Shown here one piece after another: positions 40,596 to 50,562 of a stretch of DNA of 64,000 nucleotides. This DNA is from an uncultured Methylomirabilota bacterium (GTDB taxonomy: Bacteria; Methylomirabilota; Methylomirabilia; Methylomirabilales; 2-02-FULL-66-22): NCBI GenBank assembly GCA_963705305.1, contig OY970067.1, positions 4,832,001 to 4,896,000 of the forward strand. Reading direction: 5' to 3'. Each line of letters opens with the position of its first letter. Within the stretch, counting starts at the first letter, position 1. The translations under genes and the position numbers were made by a program. The notes beneath the pieces are model-generated. The model had not been told where the DNA came from, did no database searches, and worked only from the letters and a program-made list of their open reading frames with translations.

Positions 40596-41138
40596 TCAGC
40601 TTTCGCGTTCCACCGTGACGGCCAGCTCTGCCGTCACGTCAGGGTGGAGGCGCACCGGGACCCGGTGGGCGCCCAGGGTCTTGATGGGCTCGGGGAGCAG
40701 GATCTTCTTCTTGTCCACGCTGACGCCCTGCCCCGCCAGCGCTTCGCTCAGGTCCTGCGCCGTGACCGAGCCGAAGAGCCGCGGGGCCGCTGCGGTCTCC
40801 GCGGGGGCGGCCGCGGCCGGCGCCTCGGGGGTCTCGGGTGGCGGGGCCGTCGCCGGGGTTGGGGCCGGAGCAGCCGCCGCCTCCTCGCCGGCTCGCCGCT
40901 TCAAGGTGATCTGCACCGCCGCCAAGCGTTCCGCCAGCGCCGCCGCTTCCGTCTTGGCGCGATCCTCCCGGTTCTTGGCCTGTGCCGTCAGCTGCGTCAG
41001 CGACCGCAGGCGGCCGGAGGTCGCCAGCACGGCCAGCTGCTTGGGCAGCAGGTAATTTCGCGCGAACCCATCCGCCACCTCGACCTGCTGGCCCGGCTCG
41101 CCCAATCGCTCCACCTTCTGCATCAGGATGACTTTCAT
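40596..41138 (-). CDS. rplI: 50S ribosomal protein L9 with Ala/Pro-rich insertion
   Basis: MKVIL...VADGFARNYLLPK...LFGSVT...IKTLG. Confidence 0.96.
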   Translation of the reverse strand: MKVILMQKVERLGEPGQQVEVADGFARNYLLPKQLAVLATSGRLRSLTQLTAQAKNREDRAKTEAAALAERLAAVQITLKRRAGEEAAAAPAPTPATAPPPETPEAPAAAAPAETAAAPRLFGSVTAQDLSEALAGQGVSVDKKKILLPEPIKTLGAHRVPVRLHPDVTAELAVTVERES

Positions 41139-41239
41139 CAGCCACTCCGTTTTCGGCTCGCGGGTTCCCAGCCTCGGGTGTCCCCCGGGGAGGCCCGCCG
41201 CCTCCGCCTGCGAGACCCCGCGGCGCTGGATTCCTCGCC

Positions 41240-42207
41240 CTAGGTTCGTCCGGACATGTCTTCGGCAGGTTCAACCGCCGAAAGGCAAACCACACATCGA
41301 ACAGCCCCAGCGCCGCCACCAGCAGCGTGAAGAACGGCTGTAGGACCAGCAGGATCACAGACAGCGTGGCCAGAAACCGGGGCAGACGGAATCGATCAAA
41401 GAAAAAGGCGACGATGCTCATACCCTGCAAGAAGTACAGCCCCGCTAGGATGATGAGTCCGTTCAGTCCGACAGCCGCCCAGCCGGGAAGCTCGGTCAGG
41501 AACAAGATCCCCGCCCCGATAAAGACCCACACCAGCAGCTCCGGAAGCTCCCACCGGAACGTGGCGGGGGCCAAGCCCCCCAGCTGTTCCGGCCAGCGGC
41601 GGAGAAGGGCCTGCAGCAGCAGCACATACCCCGCGGCGGTCAGCAGGCTGCCGGTGAAGAAGAGGCCGGGAAAGGCCATCAACAAGAATCCTCGGAGGGC
41701 CGCGGTATAGCTTCCCGCCGGGACCACCCCCTCCGTCGCCCCGCCCAGGCGCCCGCCGAGAGCCTCCATCTCCGCCAGCAGGTCGCTCACCTGCTGCCGG
41801 ATCGCGACCAGCGGGTGCGCCCACTGTCCCGAGCTGAGCAGCAGCACCCCCAGGCCGCCCAGGGTGAGCACGATCGCCACGCCGGTCACCAGGAGCTCCG
41901 GGCGCCGGGCGCGCCGGAGACCTTCGGCCAAGAGCACCGCCGACACGCCGAACTCCAGCAGGAACGCCAGCGCCTGGGGAACGGACAGCGGAACGGCCAG
42001 ACCCACGGCGGCCAGGGCCAGGGCCAGGATCAGGGCCGACAACCCGTGCCGCAGCCGGAGCACCACGAAGGGCACAGGTACCAAGAGCGTCAGGGCCGCC
42101 CCCAGGACAGGAAAGAAGGTCCCGGACACAAACAGCCCCACCCCCAGCAGGGCCACCAGGACGACTTCCGCGCCCCATGCCACCCAACGAGTTCCCGGAC
42201 TCTCCAC
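41240..42207 (-). CDS. YybS/DUF2232-family membrane protein; apparent +2 insertion just before its stop
   Basis: Multi-TM protein with YFLQGMSIV and LGLFDVWF motifs between rpsR and rplI; as assembled it reads through rplI to 40639; removing 2 nt at 41253-41260 ends it at TAG 41240. Confidence 0.82.
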
Positions 42208-42239
42208 CTGCGTCCTCGGCGCTCCGCCGCCCGCAGCGA

Positions 42240-42476
42240 TCAGGCCAGATCGGCCGCGTACGCCAGGAGCGCGATGCTGCGCGCCCGCTTGATCGCCACG
42301 GTCAGCTGACGCTGGTGCCGGGCGCAATTCCCCGAGATCCGCCGCGGGATGATCTTGCCGCGGTCACTCACGAAGCTGCGCAGCCGCTTGATGTCTTTGA
42401 AATCCACCTGCACCACTTTGTCCACGCAAAACTTGCAGACCTTCTGCCGCCGGTACGTTCGCCGCTTCTTCAGCAC
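42240..42476 (-). CDS. rpsR: 30S ribosomal protein S18
   Basis: CKFC...VDFKD...[17 protein letters not shown]. Confidence 0.98.
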   Translation of the reverse strand: MLKKRRTYRRQKVCKFCVDKVVQVDFKDIKRLRSFVSDRGKIIPRRISGNCARHQRQLTVAIKRARSIALLAYAADLA

Positions 42477-42693
42477 GCGCTTGTCTCCTCCTGCACCCCG
42501 GGGTGCGGGGCACCATGCCGGGCCCCCGTCCGCCGTTGCCGCGGCGGGCCGAGCCGTTCACAGACTCACCTCAATCCGAAGAACTCTCACCGCCAAGGCG
42601 CCAAGGGACAATTCGAATTCCGAAGCTCGAATTTCGAAATTGAACGGCGTGGCCTTGGCCTCATGGCGGTTCAGCAGCTCTTTCAGACCAGAA

Positions 42694-43107
42694 CTAAAAG
42701 GGAACCTCGTCCTGCTCGGGGGCGTGCGAAGGCTCCGCGTCCTCTTCGGCCGGGGGCCCTCCGGAGCCAGCGCCCTTGCGGGGACCCAGGAACTGCACCC
42801 GCTCCGCCACGACCTCGTGCTTGGAGCGCTTCTGGCCCTCCGGCGTCTCCCAGGACCGCTGCTGCAGGTGACCATCCACCAGGACGCTTCGCCCCTTGGC
42901 CAGATACTCGCCGCACGTCTCCGCCTGCTTCCCCCAGACCACGATGGTGATGAAGCAGGTCTCGTCGCGGCGCTCCCCGCCCTGGGTCGTGTACGACCGA
43001 TTGACCGCCAGGTCGAAGTTGCACACCGGGGCCCCGCTGGGCGTGTACCGAAGCTCCGGGTCGCGGGTCAAATTTCCCATCAGGATGACCTTGTTGAAGC
43101 TGGCCAT
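42694..43107 (-). CDS. ssb: Single-stranded DNA-binding protein
   Basis: NKVILMGNLTRDPELRYTPSG; acidic DEVPF tail. Confidence 0.98.
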   Translation of the reverse strand: MASFNKVILMGNLTRDPELRYTPSGAPVCNFDLAVNRSYTTQGGERRDETCFITIVVWGKQAETCGEYLAKGRSVLVDGHLQQRSWETPEGQKRSKHEVVAERVQFLGPRKGAGSGGPPAEEDAEPSHAPEQDEVPF

Positions 43108-43109
43108 GC

Positions 43110-43460
43110 TCAGGCCTCCTGCGTGACCGGCTCGGGGGCCGGCGCTGCCTTGGGCTTGCCCTTGGGGCGTCGCGGCTCCTCCATCACCACCGTCATGTAT
43201 TTCAGCACCGACTCTGCAATTTTCAAGTGCCGTTCCAGCTCGGCCACGGCCTTCGGGGCCGCCTGCACCCGGAAGTACACATAATGGCCGTCCCGCCGCC
43301 TCTTGATCTCATAGGCCAGCCGCTTCTTGCCCCACTTCTGGATCTCGGCAACCTCGCCGCCTTCCCGGGCCACCACGGCCTTGGCGGCCGTGACGGCGGC
43401 CTCGACGCCGTCGTCCCCCAGGGCGGGATCCAGGATGAAGATCACCTCGTACGATCGCAC
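43110..43460 (-). CDS. rpsF: 30S ribosomal protein S6
   Basis: YEVIFILDP...WGKKRLAYEIK. Confidence 0.97.
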   Translation of the reverse strand: MRSYEVIFILDPALGDDGVEAAVTAAKAVVAREGGEVAEIQKWGKKRLAYEIKRRRDGHYVYFRVQAAPKAVAELERHLKIAESVLKYMTVVMEEPRRPKGKPKAAPAPEPVTQEA

Positions 43461-43500
43461 TCCCCTCACCTCCTCTCCCGGCGCTCTCGCGCCGCCTGTG

Positions 43501-44112
43501 TCAGGCCGATACGCCAGCCTCGGGCGCCGTCCACCCGTTGAACCGATTCATCGCAGCATTCGCACCGTCCCGGATCACCTGTCGCGCCGCTTCCGCGGCC
43601 GCAGCGATGACCCGAGCCGCCAGGGCCCCCTCTGCGTCGAGAAACCCCGCCAGCACGTGCTCCGCCGCCTCTTGGAAGGTGGGAGGACGTCCAATCCCCA
43701 GCCGGATCCGCGGAAAATCCTGCGTCCCCAGCGCCGACTGGATCGAGGCCACGCCGCGATGCCCGCCCGCGCCCGCCCGGGCTGAAATTCGGATGCGACC
43801 CAGGGGCAGGTCGAGATCATCATGGATGACGAGCAGTCGCTCGGGGGGCAAGTCCGCCGCCAGGAGGCACGCGGCCACGGGGCCCCCGCTGAGATTCATG
43901 AAGGCCTGCGGCTTGAGCAGCGCAACCGGGACGGCGGCCAGGGCGGCCAGAGCGATCTCCGCATCCGGTGCGGGCGATCGGAACGTCGCCCCGGCCTCCG
44001 CCGCCAGCCGTTCCACCACTGCGAAGCCTACGTTGTGCCGTGTCCCGGCATAGCGCGGTCCGGGGTTCCCCAGGCCGACCACCAGCCAGCGGGCCGAGCG
44101 AATGGCCTCCAC
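43501..44112 (-). CDS. pth: Peptidyl-tRNA hydrolase
   Basis: VVGLGNPG..YAGTRHNVGF, KPQAFMNLSG, HDDLDL, GGHRG. Confidence 0.97.
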   Translation of the reverse strand: MEAIRSARWLVVGLGNPGPRYAGTRHNVGFAVVERLAAEAGATFRSPAPDAEIALAALAAVPVALLKPQAFMNLSGGPVAACLLAADLPPERLLVIHDDLDLPLGRIRISARAGAGGHRGVASIQSALGTQDFPRIRLGIGRPPTFQEAAEHVLAGFLDAEGALAARVIAAAAEAARQVIRDGANAAMNRFNGWTAPEAGVSA

Positions 44113-44863
44113 CTACTTCGGCTTGGCCTCCGTCTTGGGTTTGGCCTCGGCCTTGGGCTTGGCTTCTGCCTTGGCCTCGGCCTTGGGCTTGGCTTCTGTC
44201 TTGGCCTCGGCCTCGCCCTCGCCTTCCGCCTTCTCCTTCCGGCCGACCACCTCGGGCTCTGTCGGGGCCTCCTCGACCGCCGCCGGGGCCTCCTCTTCCG
44301 CGGCCATGGCGACGACGGACGCCACCACGCGGTCCGCGTCCTCCAGGACCCGCACCCCCTCGCCCAGGCGCAGGTCCCGGACGTGGACGGCGTCGCCCAC
44401 ATCCAGACCCGAGAACGTCCACCAGGATCTTCTCCGGGATGTTGAGCGGCAGGCATTCCACGAACAGCTGGCGCAGCGCATGCTCCAGGATGCCGCCCTT
44501 GTTCTTCACGCCCGTCGACTCCCCCTGAAGGACCAGCGGGACTTCCACCCGGATCTTGCGCTCCATGGAGATCTCGAGGAAATCCGCGTGCAGCGGCCGC
44601 CCCTTGACGGGATCCAGCTGGAGGTCCTTCAGGATCACCATGGAGCTCCGGGGGGCGTCCCCGCCCGCCAGGGAGAGGTTGATCAGGGTGTTCTCCCCGG
44701 AGCTGACGGCCGAGAGCAGATCGCGCGGACTCACCGTCACGGGCATTGGGCCGCCGGGACCCCCGTAAACGATGCCGGGAATGCGCTCAGCGCGCCGCAG
44801 GCGCTTGGCCGCCGCCTTTCCCGCGACGGTTCGGATTTCGCCTTTCAACTCGACTGTTGCCAT
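44113..44863 (-). CDS. rplY: 50S ribosomal protein L25 / general stress protein Ctc, +1 frameshift at about 44414 (probable sequence error)
   Basis: RLRR..RIPGIVYG...LHADF...PLNIPEKILVDV then SGLDVGDAVHVRDL in the next frame; 751 nt = 3n+1. Confidence 0.92.
44141..44212. repeat. 30-nt tandem repeat encoding the EAKPK-rich L25 tail
   Basis: ttggcctcggccttgggcttggcttctg(c/t)c x2 plus a partial third copy. Confidence 0.85.
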
Positions 44864-44947
44864 ACTCGCCTCCGCCTACCCACCAGTGAAACCAGGTGAA
44901 AGAGGTTCTCCGGGCGCCACACGCCGGCCGGCGCTCCCTGCGACGCC

Positions 44948-45898
44948 TCACACGAAGAGCGAGCTGACCGAGCTCTCGGTGTGGATGCGCCGAATCGCTT
45001 CGCCGAGGAGGGGCGCCACCGACAACACGGTGACCTTGCGGCTGCGCTGCTCGTCGCGAAGGGGGATCGTGTTGGTCACGACCACCTCCTCGATGGCCGA
45101 GCCCTCGAGCCGCTGGATGGCCTTCCCCGAGAGCACGGGGTGTGTGCAGCTCGCCAGGATTCGCCGGGCCCCGTCCTTCTGCAGCGCCTGCACCGCTTGG
45201 GTGATGGTTCCCGCCGTGTCGATGATATCGTCCAGCAGAATGGCATCCCGGTCCCGGACATCCCCGATGACGTGCATGATCTGGGCCTCGTTGGCCCCCG
45301 TCCGCCGCTTGTCCATGATGGCGAGGGACGTCCCCAGCCGCTTGGCAAAGGCCCGGGCGCGCTCCACGCCGCCGGCATCCGGCGCCACCACCACCAGGTC
45401 CTGCCAGGCCCCCTCCTCCAGTCGCCCCTGAAAGTACTTGAGCAGGACCGGGGCCGCGAACAGGTGATCCACCGGGATGTTGAAGAAACCCTGAATCTGG
45501 CCTGCGTGCAGGTCCACGGTGAGGACCCGGTGGGCGCCGGCGGCCGTAATCAGGTCTGCCACCAGCTTGGCCGTGATGGGCACGCGCGGCTGGACTTTGC
45601 GGTCCTGCCGGGCATACCCGTAATAGGGCATCACGGCCGTGATGCGGCAGGCAGAGGCCCGCTTCAGCGCATCGATGATGATCAGCAGCTCCATGAGGTT
45701 CTGGTTGACCGGCTCGCAGGTAGGTTGGACGACGAAGACGTCCGCGCCGCGGACGTTTTCGTTCACCTGCACGAACACCTCGCCGTCCGAGAACTGCGAG
45801 ACCTCGGTCTCCGCCAGACGCGTCCCCAGATAGGCGGCGATCTCCGCCGAGAGCTCCGGGTGCGCTCTGCCGGCCGTCAGCACCAGATCTCCGGGCAT
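44948..45898 (-). CDS. prs: Ribose-phosphate pyrophosphokinase
   Basis: [37 protein letters not shown]. Confidence 0.98.
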   Translation of the reverse strand: MPGDLVLTAGRAHPELSAEIAAYLGTRLAETEVSQFSDGEVFVQVNENVRGADVFVVQPTCEPVNQNLMELLIIIDALKRASACRITAVMPYYGYARQDRKVQPRVPITAKLVADLITAAGAHRVLTVDLHAGQIQGFFNIPVDHLFAAPVLLKYFQGRLEEGAWQDLVVVAPDAGGVERARAFAKRLGTSLAIMDKRRTGANEAQIMHVIGDVRDRDAILLDDIIDTAGTITQAVQALQKDGARRILASCTHPVLSGKAIQRLEGSAIEEVVVTNTIPLRDEQRSRKVTVLSVAPLLGEAIRRIHTESSVSSLFV

Positions 45899-45956
45899 GC
45901 CGGACTCCTTTCCATTCTCCTCGTGATCGCCGGCGCCCGCGGCCATGAATCCGCCG

Positions 45957-46835
45957 CTACGCCGCCGCGGCCAGGATCGGGTTCTCCGGGAGCGTGGGCG
46001 CCGCCACCCCGAAATATCCGGCCTCCCGCACACGGCCGGCCAGGGCCTCGGCCGCCGGCCGATCCGCCGTCACCGCGAACAGAGAGGCCCCGCTGCCGGA
46101 CATGCAGACCGGCGAGCCGCCTGCCTTCTCCAGGAGAGTCTTCAGCGCGCGCACCTCACCCCGGTGCGGCAGGACGACCGCCTCAAGACGGTTGAACGCC
46201 CACGCCGGCGGCCAGGAGAGGCGACCTTCGGCGATCAAAGCGAGGATAGTAACCCGTCCCTGCCAGTCTGTCAATTTCGAACTGGCCTCCTGGTACGCCC
46301 AAGCGGTCGAAATCGGCACCCCGGGATTCGCAATCACCAGCCAGTGCGGCGGCCAAGGCGTGAGCGGGGTCAAGACCTCCCCGCGTCCGGTGGCCAAGGC
46401 CAGGCTCGGTCCCAGAAAGAACGGCACGTCGCTCCCCAGTCGGCCCGCCAGCTCGCGCAGTTGGTCCAGCGGCAAACCGAGCTCGAGCAAACGGTTCGCT
46501 CCCGCCAGCACCGCGGCCGCATTGCTCGATCCGCCTCCCAGCCCTCCAGCCACAGGGATGCGTTTCTCCAGGCGGATCTCCAGCCCCTCCCCGTTGCCGG
46601 CCGCTTCCAGCAGGAGCACTGCGGCTTTGTAGGCGAGATTGCCACGCCCCTCCGGAACACCCACCCCCGCGGCAATCAGCCGGACCCCTCGCCGAAGGGG
46701 TGCCAGGGTCACCGTATCGCAGAGGTCCACGAGCTGCATCACCGATTCGATATCGTGGTACCCGTCCGGACGCCGCCCCACGATCTCCAGAAAGAGATTG
46801 ATCTTGGCCGGCGACGGCATCACCAGGCGATCCAC
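45957..46835 (-). CDS. ispE: 4-diphosphocytidyl-2-C-methyl-D-erythritol kinase
   Basis: [43 protein letters not shown]. Confidence 0.97.
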   Translation of the reverse strand: MDRLVMPSPAKINLFLEIVGRRPDGYHDIESVMQLVDLCDTVTLAPLRRGVRLIAAGVGVPEGRGNLAYKAAVLLLEAAGNGEGLEIRLEKRIPVAGGLGGGSSNAAAVLAGANRLLELGLPLDQLRELAGRLGSDVPFFLGPSLALATGRGEVLTPLTPWPPHWLVIANPGVPISTAWAYQEASSKLTDWQGRVTILALIAEGRLSWPPAWAFNRLEAVVLPHRGEVRALKTLLEKAGGSPVCMSGSGASLFAVTADRPAAEALAGRVREAGYFGVAAPTLPENPILAAAA

Positions 46836-46847
46836 CGCACAGGCCTC

Positions 46848-47675
46848 CTACGGCACGCGGCCGGGCGCAGGCCCTTCCGGCAGCGCCCGATCCAGATCCA
46901 CGAAGCGGGTGTCGGTTCCCGCCGGTCTGGCCAGCTCGAACAGGTCCGGCTCGATCGGCGTGTTGATCCGGAGCTGCTCGTAGTGAAGTCGGAATCGTCC
47001 CCCGCTCGCGAGCACCTCCGCGCGAATCTCGAACGGAACACTCGCCCCGTCCAGCTGGCGCCGGTCCTCGAACTGAAAGGAGAGCAGCGGCCCCGACGCG
47101 TCCCCCATTTCTCCCCGCTCCACCCGGATCCCCCCGGGAGCCGTCCATAGCCGCTGCCAGAAGGGGCCGTCCACCGACTCCACACGAACACTGGCCCCAT
47201 CGGGGGTCAGCACCAGCCGGGGATCGTCCGAGGGAAGCGGCAGGGGCGGCAACCCCGCCAGCAGGCGCAGCAGCGGCCCCGGCGGCAGCGGAAGCCGGAC
47301 CAGCCGGGCTAGAGTCTGGCGGGTCGCCCGCCCCGCACCGAACTCGTGGCGCAGCAGGTTGTGCACCCGCAGCTGGTCCCCGTCGAGAACCAGGATCAGG
47401 GCCGCGGTGCCCACCGGGCTCAGCGTCTCCAACCGCGCCCGATCCGGCAGGGCCACTACGACCACCTGACTGGCCGACCCGCCCCCCCCGGGTCCGTCAT
47501 ACCGTACATCCGCCAGGCCGCGCAAGGTGCGCAGCGCCGCCTCGTCCCTGAGCAGCGCGTCCCGGACCGCCCCCACATCCGCCGGCCCCGGCGGCGGCGT
47601 GGGCGGCAGCGTGGCGCAAGCCGCGGCCGCAAGCGCCACGGCCGCCCCCAAAAGCAGGCGGATCGGCCGGTTCAT
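46848..47675 (-). CDS. Lipoprotein, LolA/LolB-fold-like
   Basis: Lipobox LAAAAC; conserved position between TPR gene and ispE. Confidence 0.7.
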   Translation of the reverse strand: MNRPIRLLLGAAVALAAAACATLPPTPPPGPADVGAVRDALLRDEAALRTLRGLADVRYDGPGGGGSASQVVVVALPDRARLETLSPVGTAALILVLDGDQLRVHNLLRHEFGAGRATRQTLARLVRLPLPPGPLLRLLAGLPPLPLPSDDPRLVLTPDGASVRVESVDGPFWQRLWTAPGGIRVERGEMGDASGPLLSFQFEDRRQLDGASVPFEIRAEVLASGGRFRLHYEQLRINTPIEPDLFELARPAGTDTRFVDLDRALPEGPAPGRVP

Positions 47676-49432
47676 TGGGCGTCGTGGGAGGTGTGTTTGC
47701 GGGCGTCGTCGATTTTCTTCCGGAGGGCTGTGTTCGTCCCGTCCAGTTCCAGCGCGCGCTCCCACTCCCGGAGGGCGTCCGCAACCATGCCCTTTCGGAA
47801 GTAGACGTCCCCCAGATGCTCGCGGATCGTCGGATCATCCCGGCGGGAGAATTTGACGGCCCGCAGCAGCTCGGTCAGGGCCTCGTCCAGGCGGCCCAGC
47901 TTGTAGTAGGCCCAGCCCAGGCTGTCGGTGTACGCTCCGTTCTCCGGCTCCAGCTCCAGGGCCTTCTTGACGAGCGTGACCGATTCCTCCAGCTTGATGC
48001 CCTCGTCGGCGAACATGTAGCCGAGATAGTTGTAGGCATCGGCGAATTTCGGGTCCAGGGCCACCGTCTTGCGGAAGGCCACCTCGGCCTGGTCCGGCTG
48101 GTGGTTACGCTCGAAGGCCGCGCCCAGCTGGAACTGATACTGGGCGTTGTTCGGATCCAGGCGCACCGCCTGCTCCAGCTGCTCGACCGCCTTCGGGTAG
48201 TCTTTCTTCTGCACGTAGGTCAGACCCAGCAGGTAGGGGACGTTCCCCTCCTGCGGCCGCAGCTTGGCCGCCTCCGTGAAGACGGCCGTGGCCTGGTCGA
48301 GCTGTCCCAGCTGCCCGTAGATGTACCCCCGGTGCAGGAGGCCGTCGACGTAGCGGGAATCCTGCGGCATCAGCTTTCCCAGGACCTCCAGCGCTTCGTC
48401 GTACCGCTTCATGTCCTCCAGGGTCAGCCCCAGCGCAAAGCGAGCCTCGTCGTTGCTTGGGTCCTTCTGGAGGACGTCGTGGAAGATAGTCAGCGCCCGC
48501 TGGTAGTCTTCCTTCTCCGAATAGATCTGCCCGATGCGGGTCGAGAGCAGCAGGTTGCCGGGGTCCAGTTGCTGCATCTCCTGGTACGCCTTCAGGGCTC
48601 CGTCCAGGTCCCCGCGCAGCAGCTGCACTCGGCCCAGCCGCTCCAGGAACTCCCGGTTCTCGGGATCGGTTTGCAGGGCGCGCTGGTAGACCTGGGCGGC
48701 GTCCTCGTAGCGGTTCTGGCTCTCGTACGCGGTCGCCAGGCCGATCCAGGCCGGATCGAAATCCTGGTTCCGATCCAGGGCTGCCTGGAAGAACGCCCGC
48801 GCCTTCTCGGGCTCTTTCATCTCCAGGTAGATGCGTCCCAGGCTATACTGGGCCAAATGATTGCCGGGCTGGACCTTGGCCAGTCCCTCGAAGGCCTGGA
48901 TGGCCTCCGGGAAGTTGCGCGTCTCGGCGTATAGATTGCCGAGGAAGAGGTATGCCTCGGCCCGCTGGGGGGCCAACCGGATCACCGCCTTGTAGTGCTC
49001 CTCCGCCCCGCGTGCGTTCCGTAGCCCCTGATAGGCGGCCGCCATGACCAGGTGGGCCTGCACGCTGTCGGGGGACAGGGCCAGGATTTCCTCGCCCTCC
49101 TGGATGGCCCCCCGGAAGTCCCCCCTCTTGAGCAGCAGCGACGCCAGGTTGGTGTGCAGGTACGTGGAGGTCGGATCGTATCGCAAGGCGTCCCGCTGCC
49201 ACCGGACGGCGCTATCCAGGTCCCCATCGATCTCGGCCAGGACGCTCCGGGAATAGGCGTAGAACGCCCGCTCATCCCCCGGCCCCGAATCGGTCGCGGC
49301 TGCGGTGGCATCCGTACTCACGGCGACCGACCTGTTTCCTCCCTGCTGCGCGATGACTTCGGTGCAGCCCGGAAGGAGCCCGCCAGCCAGCATGATCACA
49401 ACCGCCCATGCCAGCACTCGTCCCTGTCTCAT
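47672..49432 (-). CDS. Tetratricopeptide-repeat (lipo)protein
   Basis: Many 34-aa TPR units; AYNYLGY...DSLGWAYYK...EHLGDVY C-terminus; LLPGC lipobox-like. Confidence 0.93.
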   Translation of the reverse strand: MRQGRVLAWAVVIMLAGGLLPGCTEVIAQQGGNRSVAVSTDATAAATDSGPGDERAFYAYSRSVLAEIDGDLDSAVRWQRDALRYDPTSTYLHTNLASLLLKRGDFRGAIQEGEEILALSPDSVQAHLVMAAAYQGLRNARGAEEHYKAVIRLAPQRAEAYLFLGNLYAETRNFPEAIQAFEGLAKVQPGNHLAQYSLGRIYLEMKEPEKARAFFQAALDRNQDFDPAWIGLATAYESQNRYEDAAQVYQRALQTDPENREFLERLGRVQLLRGDLDGALKAYQEMQQLDPGNLLLSTRIGQIYSEKEDYQRALTIFHDVLQKDPSNDEARFALGLTLEDMKRYDEALEVLGKLMPQDSRYVDGLLHRGYIYGQLGQLDQATAVFTEAAKLRPQEGNVPYLLGLTYVQKKDYPKAVEQLEQAVRLDPNNAQYQFQLGAAFERNHQPDQAEVAFRKTVALDPKFADAYNYLGYMFADEGIKLEESVTLVKKALELEPENGAYTDSLGWAYYKLGRLDEALTELLRAVKFSRRDDPTIREHLGDVYFRKGMVADALREWERALELDGTNTALRKKIDDARKHTSHDAQ

Positions 49433-49502
49433 GACCCGTCCATCCTCTCTGGATTGCCGTCAGAAGCCAACGGCCGGGGAACCCCCGGCCGTTGATGGGA
49501 TC

Positions 49503-49531
49503 ACTCTAGCAGGCATGGCGCACACCGTCAA
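49503..49531 (-). promoter_or_regulatory. Sigma70-type promoter heading the TPR-ispE-prs operon
   Basis: TTGACG-N17-TAGAGT with extended -10 TG. Confidence 0.6.
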
Positions 49532-49860
49532 TCCGAATATCGAATGGGAGGAGCGAGAGGACGAAGAGTTAGCGGAGGAAGGCCGGCAGAACGCAACACA
49601 CCGATGCACGGAGACGCACGCCCCGCGAATCGGAAACCCGAAGGGGAGAAGAAGGGGCGATGTGACAAGGAATTAAGCAATCCTGACTGACCCTACCGGG
49701 CGGCGCAGGAGGGTCTGACCGTCCAGGAGATCGCCGATCGGCTCCGGGTCCCCTGCAGGATTACGTGACGGTGAGGCGGGCTGGCATTCCGGCCGTCCCG
49801 AGCGACAAACGGAAGGGGGTGCCCTCATGGGTCGGCATCCCCAGTCACGTAGAATCGGGA

Positions 49861-49889
49861 TTGACATGTATAACGATATGCGTTATATT
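49861..49889 (+). promoter_or_regulatory. higBA promoter with overlapping operator palindrome
   Basis: TTGACA-N17-TATATT; inverted repeat TATAACG-N5-CGTTATA at 49869-49887. Confidence 0.8.
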
Positions 49890-49927
49890 TCTCCCATGAT
49901 AGGATAGCCGACCATCGCCGGACAGCC

Positions 49928-50221
49928 GTGATTCACTCCTTCGCCGATCGGGGGACGGAGAACATCTTCAATCGCCTGGACTCGCGCCGGGCCAGGCGCA
50001 CATGCCCCAAGTCGGTGTGGGCGACCGCCCGGCGGAAGCTCGACATGCTGAACGCAGCGGTTTCCCTGACCAGCCTCCGCCTTCCCCCTGGGAACAGGCT
50101 GGAGGTCCTCAAGGGAGACCGGAAGGGGCAGCCCAGCATATGTGTCAATGACCAGTACCGCGTCTGTTTTGTCTGGACGTCCGATGGTCCCGCCGATGTG
50201 GAGATCGTCGATTATCACTGA
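49928..50221 (+). CDS. higB: HigB (RelE/ParE superfamily) toxin
   Basis: MIHSFADRGTE...ARRKLDML...PPGNRLEVLKGDRKGQ.SI.VNDQYRVCFVW...VEIVDYH. Confidence 0.93.
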   Translation: MIHSFADRGTENIFNRLDSRRARRTCPKSVWATARRKLDMLNAAVSLTSLRLPPGNRLEVLKGDRKGQPSICVNDQYRVCFVWTSDGPADVEIVDYH

Positions 50222-50234
50222 GGAGGATCGGAAG

Positions 50235-50562
50235 ATGGTTCGCATTCCTACGGATGGCCCGCCGACGCATCCGGGCACCATGCTGCTTGAGGAGTTCCTG
50301 AAGCCCCTGGGGCTGTCGCAGGTGGAGCTGGCCGAACGGATCGGGGTCTCGTTCCCGCGGGTGAACGAGAATCGTCCATGGAAAGCGCGGCGTGACACCG
50401 GACACGGCGCTTCGGTTGGAGCGGCTGTTCGGGATGGAGGCACAGTTCTGGCTGAATCTTCAACTCGCCTGGGACCTGTACCATGCCGCCCACTCGCCGG
50501 CCGCGCGGAGTATCAGCAAGATCCGGCGACTTCCACAGGTGGCCGCGGCGGGAGCAGATTGA
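50235..50562 (+). pseudogene. higA: HigA antitoxin with +1 frameshift at 50370/50371 (error or real lesion)
   Basis: PTHPGTMLLEEFLKPLGLSQVELAERIGVS..RVNE / IVHGKRGVTPDTALRLERLFG...FWLNLQ; 328 nt = 3n+1. Confidence 0.88.

Noticed and set aside
40639..41239. C-terminal 200-aa extension of yybS overlapping rplI
   Set aside because: Out-of-frame read-through explained by a 2-nt insertion
43820..44412. Gly/Arg-rich tail of the 347-aa L25 ORF overlapping pth
   Set aside because: Wrong frame after the +1 base; the real C-terminus is in the adjacent frame
45899..45956. Expected tRNA-Gln or spoVG between ispE and prs
   Set aside because: Gap is under 60 nt and has no tRNA features
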